Below are positions 39,979 through 49,533 of a stretch of 64,000 nt of DNA, piece after piece; position 1 is the first letter of the stretch, and each line of letters begins with the position of its first letter. The DNA is from an uncultured Thermoleophilia bacterium (lineage in GTDB: Bacteria > Actinomycetota > Thermoleophilia > UBA2241). The notes beneath the pieces are model-generated. The model worked only from the letters and a program-made list of their open reading frames with translations. It was not told the DNA's origin and ran no database searches. The translations under genes were made by a program, and so were the position numbers. The stretch covers positions 89,675-153,674 of the forward strand of contig CAWHUW010000009.1 in assembly GCA_963832655.1 (NCBI GenBank). Direction: 5' to 3'.

Positions 39979-41032
39979 CGGCGCCGTCAGAACCATCGAC
40001 CTGCGCAGCGACACCAAGACGCGCCCCAGTGACGAGATGCGGCGCGTCATGGCCGCCGCTCCGGTGGGCGACGACGAGTCGGGCGAAGACCCGAGCGTCA
40101 ATCGCCTGCAGGAGTACGCCGCCGAGCTCTTCGGCAAGGAGGCGGCGCTCTTCTTCCCGACCGGGACGATGAGCAACCAGGTGGCGCTGCGCGTGCTCGC
40201 CCAGGCCGGCGACGAGGTCTTCATCCACGCCCGCGCCCACATCGTGCAGTGGGAGATGGGCGCGGCCGCCGCACTCTCGGGGCTGCAGCTGCGCGGCTTC
40301 GAGTCGGCCGACGGCACGCTCGACCCACAGGAGATGGAGCAGTTCGTGCGCACCGACGAGGAGGGCGACGACTCCGTCACGCGGGTCGTCGCCCTCGAGA
40401 ACAGTCACAACGCCGCCGGCGGTCTCGTCTATCCGCACGAGCAGGCGCTGGCCGTGCGCGCGTTCTGCGACCGCTACGGCATAGCCCTGCACCTCGACGG
40501 CGCCCGCATCTTCAACGCTCACGTCGCCAGCGGGCGCTCGCTGGCTGAACTGGCGGCGCCGTTCGATACGCTCAACGCCTGTCTCTCGAAGGGGCTGGGG
40601 GCGCCGGTCGGGTCGCTGATGCTGGGCAGCGCCGCGATCATCCGCCGGGCGTTCCGCTATCGCCTGCAGTTCGGTGGCGCGATGCGCCAGGTCGGCATCG
40701 TCGCGGCCGGCGGCCTGTATGCGCTCGAGCACAACATCGCGCGCCTGGCGGACGACCACCGCCGGGCGCGCGACCTGGCCGAGCGCCTGGCCGCCGTGCC
40801 CGGTCTCGCCGTCGACGTCGGCCGGGTGCACACCAACATGGTCATCGCCGACCCGCGGCCGGCCGGCGTGACCGCCGATGCGGTGGCGGAGGCGGCGGCG
40901 CCGGCCGGCCTGCTGGTCGACCCGAACCCCTACGGATTGCGCTTCGTCACGCACCTCGACGTCGACGACGCCGACATCGAGGAGGCGGCGGCGATCACGG
41001 CGGCGACGATGGCGCGCCTGGCGGTCGCTTGA
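39974..41032 (+). CDS. ltaE: Low-specificity L-threonine aldolase family (start uncertain)
   Basis: 'IDLRSDT.T.P', 'PTGTMSNQ', 'LHLDGARIFNA', 'CLSKGLGAPVGS', 'GGAMRQ.G'. Confidence 0.9.
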   Translation: MSGAVRTIDLRSDTKTRPSDEMRRVMAAAPVGDDESGEDPSVNRLQEYAAELFGKEAALFFPTGTMSNQVALRVLAQAGDEVFIHARAHIVQWEMGAAAALSGLQLRGFESADGTLDPQEMEQFVRTDEEGDDSVTRVVALENSHNAAGGLVYPHEQALAVRAFCDRYGIALHLDGARIFNAHVASGRSLAELAAPFDTLNACLSKGLGAPVGSLMLGSAAIIRRAFRYRLQFGGAMRQVGIVAAGGLYALEHNIARLADDHRRARDLAERLAAVPGLAVDVGRVHTNMVIADPRPAGVTADAVAEAAAPAGLLVDPNPYGLRFVTHLDVDDADIEEAAAITAATMARLAVA

Positions 41033-41072
41033 CCCGAGGCTGACGCCGCTCGTAGACTGTCGACAGTAAACC
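41029..41072 (+). promoter_or_regulatory. grd cluster promoter with heptad operator
   Basis: TTGACC-N18-TAGACT; GTAGACT-GTCGACA-GTAAACC, containing the perfect palindrome ACTGTCGACAGT at 41056-41067. Confidence 0.75.
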
Positions 41073-41094
41073 CTGAGCCTTCGGAGGCCGCCGC

Positions 41095-42375
41095 GTGCCC
41101 GCTGCGCCTGTACCATCGCTGGAGCTCGCCACATTCGCCGTGCGCGACATCGTCGCGGGCACCGAGGCGTCGTGGCGCGACGGCGTGCTGACCGTCGACG
41201 CTGCCGGGCTTCAAGAGGCGATCGCGGGCGAGCCGGGACTGCTCGGCGTGACGGTGGACCTCGTGCGCCCGGGCGAGCCGGCACGGGTGCTCAACGTCCT
41301 CGACGCCGTCGAGCCGGCGGTCAAGGCGGATGAGCCCGGTACGTCCTTCCCCGGGGCGCTCGGCACCCTGGCCGTCGCCGGCGCCGGTCGCACCCACCGT
41401 CTCGACGGGGCGGCCGTCCTCGCGACCGCCGACCTGCACGGCACCTATGACGTGACCGCCCTCGACGTGTACCCCGACGGCGACTCGTTCGTGGACATGG
41501 CGGGCCCGGGAGCGGACCTCACGCATTGGTCCGCGACCCACAACGTGGTGGTGAGCTTCGCCTGCGACCCTGGGGCGCCGCCGGCCGAGGCCGACGCCTC
41601 GATCAGGCGGGCGACGCTGCGCGTCGCCCGCGATCTTGCGGCGGCCACTCTCGCGGCGCCGCCCGACCACGTGGAACTGCTCGACCTGCCGGCCGTATCC
41701 GGCGACCTGCCGCGGGTCTGCGTCATCCTGCAGGTCGCCTCCGAGGGACCCCTCGTCGACACCTACCTGTACGGCCGGCCGTTGCACGGCCTCGTGCCGA
41801 CGCTCCTGGACCCGCGCGAGGTGCTGGACGGCGCGCTCACCGCCGGGCAGTACGACTGGGCGGGCGTGCGCGACCCCACCTACTTCTTCCAGCGCAGCAG
41901 CCTGCTGCGCGAGCTCCTGCGGCGCCACGGGGACGACCTCTGCTTCTGCGGAGTGATCCTCACGCTCGGCTATCTGCCGTCCGCGTTCGACAAGGAGCGC
42001 TCCGCGATGATCGCCGCCAAGCTCGCCCGTCAGATCGGCGCCGACGCGGCCGTCCTCACGACCTTCCAGACGGGCAATTCGCACACCGACACGGTGCTCA
42101 CCTGTCGCGCCTGCGAGCGGCTTGGCATCCGCACCGTCCTGCTGCTCGCCGAGACCAACGGTGGCCTGACCGACCACGTGCCGGAGGCCGACTGCATCGT
42201 GAGCGTCGGCAACGAGGAGGAACTCGTCCCCGAGTGGCGCCCGACGCGCGTGTTCGGCGGCGAGCGCACCTGGACGGGCCGGCCGGCCGACGACGCCGGT
42301 CCCGTGCCGGCGGTCACCTACCTCGGGTCACTCTGCCAGATGGGCGACATGAGGCTGCGGGCGGTGTCGTGGTGA
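41095..42375 (+). CDS. Glycine/sarcosine/betaine reductase component B non-seleno subunit (GrdE/GrdG/GrdI-like)
   Basis: 'DLVRPGE..R...V.D.VEP.VK', 'DMAGPGA', 'DTYLYG', 'VPTLLDP.EVLDGA', 'DKERSA', 'GIRTV'; 426 aa; directly upstream of grdB. Confidence 0.88.
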   Translation: MPAAPVPSLELATFAVRDIVAGTEASWRDGVLTVDAAGLQEAIAGEPGLLGVTVDLVRPGEPARVLNVLDAVEPAVKADEPGTSFPGALGTLAVAGAGRTHRLDGAAVLATADLHGTYDVTALDVYPDGDSFVDMAGPGADLTHWSATHNVVVSFACDPGAPPAEADASIRRATLRVARDLAAATLAAPPDHVELLDLPAVSGDLPRVCVILQVASEGPLVDTYLYGRPLHGLVPTLLDPREVLDGALTAGQYDWAGVRDPTYFFQRSSLLRELLRRHGDDLCFCGVILTLGYLPSAFDKERSAMIAAKLARQIGADAAVLTTFQTGNSHTDTVLTCRACERLGIRTVLLLAETNGGLTDHVPEADCIVSVGNEEELVPEWRPTRVFGGERTWTGRPADDAGPVPAVTYLGSLCQMGDMRLRAVSW

Positions 42376-43652
42376 AGGTCGTGCACTACCTCAACCAGTT
42401 CTTCGCCGGGTTGGGCGGCGAGGAGGCGGCCGGCGCGCCGCCGGTGCGCCTCGAGGGCGCCGTCGGTCCCGGCAAGGGCCTGGGCCTCGAGGTGGCCGTC
42501 ACGCTGGCCTGCGGCGACGACTACTTCGGGGAACGTGAGGAAGGCGCGCTCGAGCAGCTCCTGCGCTGGCTCGACGAGGAGCGGCCGGACGTGCTGGTCT
42601 GCGGGCCGTCGTTCGGCTCGGGGCGCTACGGCTACGCCTGCGGCGTGCTGGCGCGCGAAGCCGCGCGCCGCGGCGTCCCCGCCGTCTGCGGCATGCACCC
42701 CGAGAGCCCGGGGGTGCTCGCCGCCGAGGGCGCCGCGTACGTCGTGCCGACCGACGTCAAGGTGACGGGCATGCGCGACGCGCTGCCCAGGATGGCGGCC
42801 CTGGCCCGTCGGCTCGCCGCCGGCGAGGCTCTCGGGTCGCCCGAGCAGGAGGGCTATCTGCCGCGCGGTCTACGCCGTAACGAGATCGCCGACCACACCG
42901 GCGCGGAGCGCGCCGTCGAGCTGCTGCTCGCCAAGCTGGCGGGAGACGTGCGCACCGAGGTCACGGCGGCGTTCGACGACGTCCCGCCGCCGCCGCCGGT
43001 GGCGGACATGGCGGCGGCCACGGTCGCGCTCGTCACCGAATCCGGGCTGGTGCCCAAGGGCAACCCGGATCGCCTCGAGTCCAATCGGGCCCACGTCTGG
43101 CTGAGCTACCCGATCCAGGGACTGGCAGGCTTCGGGGCTGGCGACTGGGAGACGGTGCACGGCGGCTACGACACCGGCGTCGCCAACGCCGACCCGAACC
43201 GGCTGGTGCCGCTCGACGCGCTGCGTCGCGCGGCCGCCGACGGCCGTATCGGGGGTGTGCACGAGACGCTTTACACGACGACCGGCAACTCGACCCCGGT
43301 GGCGACGGCGGCCAAGTTCGGGCAGGAGATCGCGCAGCGCCTGCGCGAAGCGGGCATCCAGGCGGTGATCCTCACCGGCACCTGAGGGACGGGCACGCGT
43401 TGCGGGGCAACGCTGAGCAAGGAGATCGAGCGTGCGGGCATACCGACGGCGTTCATCACGGCGCTGCCGACCATCGCCACCATGGTCGGCGCGAACCGCA
43501 CGGTGCGAGGCATTGCGGTGACCAATCCGGCGGGCGATCCGTCGCTGGGCGCCGCCGACGAACTGGCGCTGCGGCGCCGCATCGTGGAGCGCGCGCTCGA
43601 GATGCTGGCCACCGCGGTGGAGCCCAGGACGGTGTGGGAGGTCGAAGGGTGA
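42372..43652 (+). CDS. grdB: Reductase component B selenoprotein subunit (GrdB-like), Sec at TGA 43383-43385
   Basis: 'VVHYLNQFFAGLGGEE', 'GPSFGSGRYG', 'VHGGYD...NADPNRLVPLD'. The frame continues past TGA as T-U-GTGTRCGATLSKEIERAGIP...VGANR to TGA 43650-43652 (426 aa). Confidence 0.93.
43397..43413 (+). promoter_or_regulatory. Bacterial SECIS element of grdB
   Basis: GCGTTGC-GGG-GCAACGC perfect 7-bp stem starting 11 nt after the UGA, with a G-rich apical loop. Confidence 0.8.
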
Positions 43653-43716
43653 GAGAGTCAGATCGAGGACGGGCGGCGCTGAATGCCGGCCGGCCAGCGG
43701 ACCGGGAGGTCCATCC

Positions 43717-45033
43717 GTGACGCGGCGCGCCGGCATCCTCGCCGCGTCGTTCGTGCTGGAGCACGTGCCGGACCTGGTGCGCTACGGCTCCAAGCCGGCG
43801 CGCGAGGCGCGCAAGTTCGAGACCGTGCGCGACAAGCTGCGCACGTTCGAACAGGCGCGCGGCTACGCGCCGAACCAGGCCTTCATCGGCAACCTGCGTC
43901 CGGAGGAGCTGTGGGACAGGGCGCGACCGTGGTGGGGAGAGCCGGACGCGGCCGCGCCGGCCGCCGGGCCATACGGCGACATCATCGACCAGCGCTCCTT
44001 CTACGAGCTGATGAAGGAGGTCGACCTCTTCGACCTCGTCCGCCTGGGCGAGGAGCCGCGACCGGAGAACGGCGACCTCGCGCTCTACGACGGCGAGGAT
44101 GTGGTCGGCGCCTTCGCGCGCGCCCACGACGAAGACGAGGCCCTGAGCGCGCCCGCCTTGCTCGACAACCTCGCCTGCAAGGCGGGCGGCGTGCACGCGC
44201 TGCGCTTCATGCTTGCGCGCTCGGGCGTCGACCCGGAGTCGATCCGCTACGCGATCGGCGCCGGCGAAGAGGCGGTCGGCGACCGCTACAACCGCGGCGG
44301 CGGTGCGCTCGCCAAGGCGATCGCCGAGAGCTGCGGCCTGGTGAACGCCAACGGCAGCGACGTGAAGGCCTTCTGCACGAGCCCGGTGCACGCGCTGATC
44401 ATGGCCGGCGCGCTCGTCGAGTCGGGGACCTTCGAGCGCGTCGTGGTCGTCGCCGGCGGCTCGCTCGCCAAGCTCGGCATGAAGTTCAAGGGCACGCTCG
44501 ACCGCGGCGTGCCGGTGCTCGAGGACGTGCTCGCCGGCATGGCGATCCTCGTCGGCCAGGCCGACGGCGACACGCCGCGCCTGCGGCTCGACGCCGTCGG
44601 CCAGCACCGCGTCGGCAACGACTCCTCGCAGCAGTCGCTGCTCAAGGAGGTCGTGGCCGTCCCGCTCGACAAGCTGGGGCGCAAGGTGGCCGACATCGAC
44701 GTCTACGCGACCGAGCTGCACAACCCGGAGATCACCGAGCCGGCCGGAGGCTACGACGTTCCAGAGCGCAACTACAAGCTGCTCGCCGCGCTCGCCGTGA
44801 TGCGCGGCGAGCTGGGCCGCGACGAGATGGACGCCTTCTACCGCAGTCGCGGCCTGCCCGGCTTCTCGCCGACCCAGGGCCACATCGCCTCGGCGGTGCC
44901 CTGGGTCCCGCACGCCCTGGACCGCTTCGCGCGCGGCGAGCTCCGCTCGACGATGCTCATGGCGAAGGGCAGCCTGTTCCTTGGCCGCATGACCCAGATG
45001 TGGGACGCGGTCTCCGTCATCCTGGAGGTGTGA
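43717..45033 (+). CDS. grdC: Reductase component C, GrdC-like (FabH-fold) subunit
   Basis: 'LEHVPDLVRYGS', 'EEAVGDRYNRGGG.LAKAIAE', 'AGGSLAKLGM', 'ELHNPEIT', 'GFSPTQGHI', 'KGSLFLGRMT'. Confidence 0.92.
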   Translation: MTRRAGILAASFVLEHVPDLVRYGSKPAREARKFETVRDKLRTFEQARGYAPNQAFIGNLRPEELWDRARPWWGEPDAAAPAAGPYGDIIDQRSFYELMKEVDLFDLVRLGEEPRPENGDLALYDGEDVVGAFARAHDEDEALSAPALLDNLACKAGGVHALRFMLARSGVDPESIRYAIGAGEEAVGDRYNRGGGALAKAIAESCGLVNANGSDVKAFCTSPVHALIMAGALVESGTFERVVVVAGGSLAKLGMKFKGTLDRGVPVLEDVLAGMAILVGQADGDTPRLRLDAVGQHRVGNDSSQQSLLKEVVAVPLDKLGRKVADIDVYATELHNPEITEPAGGYDVPERNYKLLAALAVMRGELGRDEMDAFYRSRGLPGFSPTQGHIASAVPWVPHALDRFARGELRSTMLMAKGSLFLGRMTQMWDAVSVILEV

Positions 45034-45357
45034 ATGGCCGTCGAGGCGACCGTAGAGACCTTCCCCGCGCTGGTCGCGCGGGGCAACGTGCTGATCGACT
45101 TCTGGGGCCCTCGCTGCGTGCCCTGCCTGGCGCTGATGCCGGCGGTCGAGAAGCTCGAAGAGGAGTACGACGGAGGCTTCACGCTGGTCAAGGTGAACGC
45201 CGCCGAGAACCGGCAGATCGCGCGCGATCTCAAGGTCATCGCGATGCCGACGTTCGTGCTGTATCGCGACGGCGCCGAGGTGGAGCGCCTTGGCGGCAAC
45301 CCCTCGGCGGCCGACGTCGGCGCCGCCGTGGCGAGGCTCGTGGAGGGAGGTGAGTGA
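45034..45357 (+). CDS. trxA: Thioredoxin, glycine-reductase-associated type
   Basis: 'DFWGPRCVPCLALMP'. The CVPC active site is the type known from glycine reductase operons. Confidence 0.92.
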   Translation: MAVEATVETFPALVARGNVLIDFWGPRCVPCLALMPAVEKLEEEYDGGFTLVKVNAAENRQIARDLKVIAMPTFVLYRDGAEVERLGGNPSAADVGAAVARLVEGGE

Positions 45358-45815
45358 TGGATCTGAAGGGCAAGAAGGTCATCGCCCTCGGCGAGCGCGA
45401 CAGCGTCTCCGGCGAGGCGATCGCGGACTGCGTGCGCACGGCCGGAGCCGAAGTCGTCATGATCGAGACGGAGTGTTTCGTCTGAACGGCCGCAGGGGCC
45501 ATGGACCCGGAGAACCAGGGACGCATCAAGGCCACGGTCGAGCGCTACGGCGCTGACGACCTGGTGGTGGTGCTCGGAGCGGCCGATCTCGAAGGTCTCG
45601 AGATGGTCGCCGAGACGGTCACCGAGGGCGACCCGAGCTACGTCGGTCCATTGGCAGGGGTCCAGTTGGGACTCCCCGTGATGCACATCTTCGAGGACGA
45701 CCTGCGCGCGCAGGTCGACTCGGCGATCTACGACGACCAGATCGGCTTCGTCGAGCTGGCCGTCGACAGCGACGCCGTCAAGACGGCGATGAAGAAGTTC
45801 AGGGGCGAGGAGTAG
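45357..45815 (+). CDS. grdA: Reductase selenoprotein A, Sec at TGA 45483-45485
   Basis: ATG overlaps the trx stop. Reads MDLKGKKVIALGERD...TECFV-U-TAAGAMDPENQ...GDPSYVGPLAGVQLGLPV (152 aa), with the canonical CxxU motif. Confidence 0.95.
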
Positions 45816-45842
45816 GACACCCTCGACGTGAAAGGGGTCGCG

Positions 45843-46697
45843 ATGTCCGACCTGCTGGGCAGGTTCAGCGTTCTGACCGAGGACCTCGACCACCCCGAGG
45901 ACCTGGTCTGGGACCCGGCGAGCGGACGGCTCTACGCCGGCGGCGAAGCCGGTCAGATCTACGCCGTGGGGCTCGATGGCGAGGTCGAGCAGGTGGCCGA
46001 CAGCGGCGGCGGCATCCTCGGCCTCGCGGTCGACGCCGCCGGGACGGTCTACGCCTGCGACGAGGGGCGCGCCGAGGTGCTGCGCGTGGACCCGCGCTCC
46101 GGCGAGATCGAGGTCTACTCGGCGGGAAGTCCCGACCGCGCCATGATCGAGCCGAACTCCTGCGCCTTCGACGCCGCCGGCAACCTCTACGTCACCGACT
46201 CCTCCGACTGGGAGGAGCAGAACGGCGTGGTCTACCGCATCGCGCCCGGCGGCGAGACTGTCGTGTGGACGGACGCGCTGCGGCGCTACCCGAACGGCTG
46301 CTGCTTCAGCGCCGACGGGAGCTGGCTGTACGTCGTCGAGTCGAGCCTGCCGGGGATCTGGCGGGTGCCCGTCGGCGCCGACGGCGCGCCCGGGTCGCCG
46401 CAGCTCGTCCGCGAGCTGCCGGAGGCTCACGTGCCCGACGGCATCGCCTTCGACGATCACGGCATCCTCTACATCGCCTGCTACCGGCCGGATCGCGTGT
46501 ATCGGCTCGCGCCGGGCGGCGACCTCGAGGTGCTCGCCGACGACCCCCTCGGGCTCAAGCTGAACACGCCCACCAACGTGGCGTTCGTCGGCGCCGGCCT
46601 CGATCGTCTGGCGATCGCCAACGTCGGCGAATGGCACATACTCGTGGGTGACGTCGGCGCGCGCGGCGCGCCGCTCTTCTACCCGACGGTCGGCTAG
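45843..46697 (+). CDS. SMP-30/gluconolactonase family beta-propeller hydrolase
   Basis: 'LDHPE', 'EPN...FDAAGNLYVTDS', 'YPNG..FS.DG', 'VPDGIAFD'. Confidence 0.88.
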   Translation: MSDLLGRFSVLTEDLDHPEDLVWDPASGRLYAGGEAGQIYAVGLDGEVEQVADSGGGILGLAVDAAGTVYACDEGRAEVLRVDPRSGEIEVYSAGSPDRAMIEPNSCAFDAAGNLYVTDSSDWEEQNGVVYRIAPGGETVVWTDALRRYPNGCCFSADGSWLYVVESSLPGIWRVPVGADGAPGSPQLVRELPEAHVPDGIAFDDHGILYIACYRPDRVYRLAPGGDLEVLADDPLGLKLNTPTNVAFVGAGLDRLAIANVGEWHILVGDVGARGAPLFYPTVG

Positions 46698-46738
46698 GGC
46701 GCCGCGCAGGAGCAGACGACCGCGACCGAGGAGGAGCC

Positions 46739-47539
46739 TTGGGACGCTTCGAGGGCAGGAACGTCATCGTGACCGGCGCGTCGAGCGGCATCGGCTGGGC
46801 GATAGCGCACGCCTTCGTCGACGAAGGCGCGAGCGTGTTCGCCGTCGCGCGGCGCGGCGCGCTGCTCGAGGAGATGCGCGCCGCGTCGAGCGCGCCGGCG
46901 CGCGTGCACACGGCCGTCGCCGACGTCGGTGTGCCCGACCAGGCGCGCGGCATGGTGGCGGCGGCGATCGACGCCCTGGGCCGCGTGCACGTGCTGGTCA
47001 ACAACGCGGCCATCATGCCCTACGGCCCCGTGCTGGAGATGGAGGAGGCGACCTGGCGCGACACGCTGGCCGTGAATCTCGACGGGCCGTTCTTCGCCAG
47101 TCAGGCGGCGGCGCGACACATGGTCGCGCAGGGCGGCGGCGTCATCATCAACATCGCCTCCGCGAACGCCTTCAGGGTCGAGTCGCCGGCGGCCAACTAC
47201 AACACGTCCAAGGCGGCGCTCGTGATGATGACGCGCTGTTTCGCTCACGAGCTCGGCCACCTCGGGGTGCGCGCCTGCTGCGTCGCTCCGGGGCAGACGG
47301 TGACGCCGGAGGCCGAGGCCGAGCTCACGCGAGACGAGTACCACCGCGAGTTCGTCGAGTACTGCAGCCGGGTACCGCTGCGCCGTCCCGCGCAGCCGCG
47401 GGAGCAGGCCGCCGTCGTCCTCTTTCTGGCCTCGGACGACGCGTCGTACGTCAACGGCGAGACCGTCGTCGTCGACGGCGGCGAACTCACCGGCGAATGG
47501 TACGACCCGGACCTCAACCCGCCGGTGCCGGAGCCCTAG
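46739..47539 (+). CDS. Short-chain dehydrogenase/reductase
   Basis: TGASSGIG, NNAA, YNTSK, 'FLASDDASYVNG'. Confidence 0.9.
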   Translation: MGRFEGRNVIVTGASSGIGWAIAHAFVDEGASVFAVARRGALLEEMRAASSAPARVHTAVADVGVPDQARGMVAAAIDALGRVHVLVNNAAIMPYGPVLEMEEATWRDTLAVNLDGPFFASQAAARHMVAQGGGVIINIASANAFRVESPAANYNTSKAALVMMTRCFAHELGHLGVRACCVAPGQTVTPEAEAELTRDEYHREFVEYCSRVPLRRPAQPREQAAVVLFLASDDASYVNGETVVVDGGELTGEWYDPDLNPPVPEP

Positions 47540-47552
47540 CGGGCGCGGGACG

Positions 47553-48374
47553 ATGAGCCTCCCGATCGCCGACGAGTGGTTCTCCGCGACGCCCGCCGGC
47601 GCCGGCGTGACGCTGCTCACCGAGCCGTGGGTCGACGAGTTCCTGCGCGCCAACCTGTGGCTGGTCGAGGGCCGGGAGCGCGACCTGCTGATCGACGCGG
47701 GCAACGGCATCGCCCCGCTGCTGCCGGCGGTGCGCGCCCTGCAGGGGCACCCGCGGAAGCCCCTCGTGGCGGTCGTCACGCACACGCACTCCGACCACAT
47801 GGGCGGCCTGCACGAGTTCCCCGAGCGCCTGGTGCACCGGCTCGAGGCCGAGGCGCTTGCGGACGCCGCGGACGCCGCGTGCCTGGTCACCGCGCAGTTC
47901 CCCGCAAGCCTCCTGGCCGAGATCGCCGCCGACGGCCTCGAGCTGCCCGAGGTGCTGCTCACGGCGTCGCCGAGGGAGGGGTTCGACCCCGCGGCATTCG
48001 CCGTCGTCGGGACGACGGCGACCGGCACGCTCGACGAGGGCGACACGATCGACCTCGGCGACCGCGTCTTCGCCGTCCTGCACCTGCCGGGGCACTCGCC
48101 CGGGAGCATCGGCCTTTGGGAGGAGAAGACCGGCGTCCTTTTCTCGGGCGACGCCGTGTACCGCGACGGGCCGCTGCTCGACCAGATGCCGGGCAGTGAC
48201 GTCGGCGCGTACCTGCGGACCATGGAACGACTGCGCGATCTGCCCGTGTCGGCCGTGCACGGCGGCCACGACCCGAGCTTCGCGCGACCGCAGCTGGTGG
48301 CGATCGCCGAGGAGTACGTCGCCCGCCGTGGAGATCAGGATCGAGTCAGCGACACGACTGGGGGATCGCCATGA
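47553..48374 (+). CDS. MBL-fold metallo-hydrolase
   Basis: THTHSDHMGG (HxHxDH), 'PGHSPGS', 'FSGD', 'VHGGH'. Confidence 0.9.
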   Translation: MSLPIADEWFSATPAGAGVTLLTEPWVDEFLRANLWLVEGRERDLLIDAGNGIAPLLPAVRALQGHPRKPLVAVVTHTHSDHMGGLHEFPERLVHRLEAEALADAADAACLVTAQFPASLLAEIAADGLELPEVLLTASPREGFDPAAFAVVGTTATGTLDEGDTIDLGDRVFAVLHLPGHSPGSIGLWEEKTGVLFSGDAVYRDGPLLDQMPGSDVGAYLRTMERLRDLPVSAVHGGHDPSFARPQLVAIAEEYVARRGDQDRVSDTTGGSP

Positions 48375-49487
48375 ACCTTCCGCGACCATCATCCACACGG
48401 AGGCTGCTCGTGCTGGCGACGGCGCTGGCCTGTCTGGCCCTGCTCCTCGTCGCCTGCGGGGACGAGGAGTCCCCCGCGCCGCAGGCCAGCGCCACGCAGG
48501 CCGCCGAGCTCACCGGTAAGTTGACCGTCTTCGCCTACGAGGACGGCCTGGTGCCGGAGGCGATCGGCGGCTTCGAGGACGCAAACCCGGGCCTCAAGGT
48601 CGAGAAGGCGGCATTCAGCACCAACGACGAGGCCGTCGCCAAGATGCGCGCCGGCTTCAACCCGGACATCGTGAACGTCTGCGTCGAGGAGACGGGGCGC
48701 ATGGTCAAGCTGGGCCTCCTGCAACCGCTCGACACGAGCCGCATCACCGACTGGGACAGCATCGTGCCGGCGCTGCAGACGATCGACGGCGTCGTCATCG
48801 ACGGCGAGGTCTACATGGTGCCGACGACCGGCGGCACCGCCGGCATCGTGTACAACCCCAAGGAGGTCCCGCAGGGCATCCCATCGTGGAAGGCCCTGTT
48901 CGAGGACGCCAGTCCTCAAGGGTCGGATCACCCTCGAGGATTCGGCGGCGACGGTGATCCCGATCGCCGCCCTCGCGCTCGGCTACACCGACCCGTTCCA
49001 TCTCACCGACGACGACCTCGACCGCATCGAGGAGTACCTGCTCGCCCACAAGTCGCAGGTGCGGGCGTTCTTCAGCGGCGACGCCGACTTCCTCAACCTG
49101 TACAAGACCGGGGAGATCGTGGGGGGGTTCGCCTGGCACGACTACAAGGTGACGGCCGAGCGGAACGGCGTGCCCGCCGAGTACGTCGTGCCGACCGAGG
49201 GCCAGCTCGCCTGGGTGTGCGGCTACGGCATCGCCAGCGGCAGCGAGAACCTCGACGCCGCCTACGCGGCGCTCGACTGGTACAACTCGACCGAGCCGCA
49301 GGCCTTCTACGCCGAGACCTACACCTACTGGGTCTTCAACCAGAAGACGCTCGAGGTCCTGCCGCAGGAGACCATCGACGCGATCGGGCTCGACAAGCCG
49401 GAGCAGCTCCAACAGGCGATCCCGCTCGTGATCCCCGACAACTACGATCGCTGGCTGCGGGTCTTCCAGAAGCTCAAGGGCGCCTGA
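48371..49487 (+). CDS. PotD/PotF-like ABC substrate-binding lipoprotein (frameshift near 48915)
   Basis: Lipobox LVAC, 'FAYEDG', 'VNVCVEE', 'WVCGYGI', 'NLDAAYA'. Confidence 0.82.
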
Positions 49488-49533
49488 ACGAGTCCGGAGC
49501 GGCGGCCGCGGCGTCGTCGCGGCCGCCGCCCAC

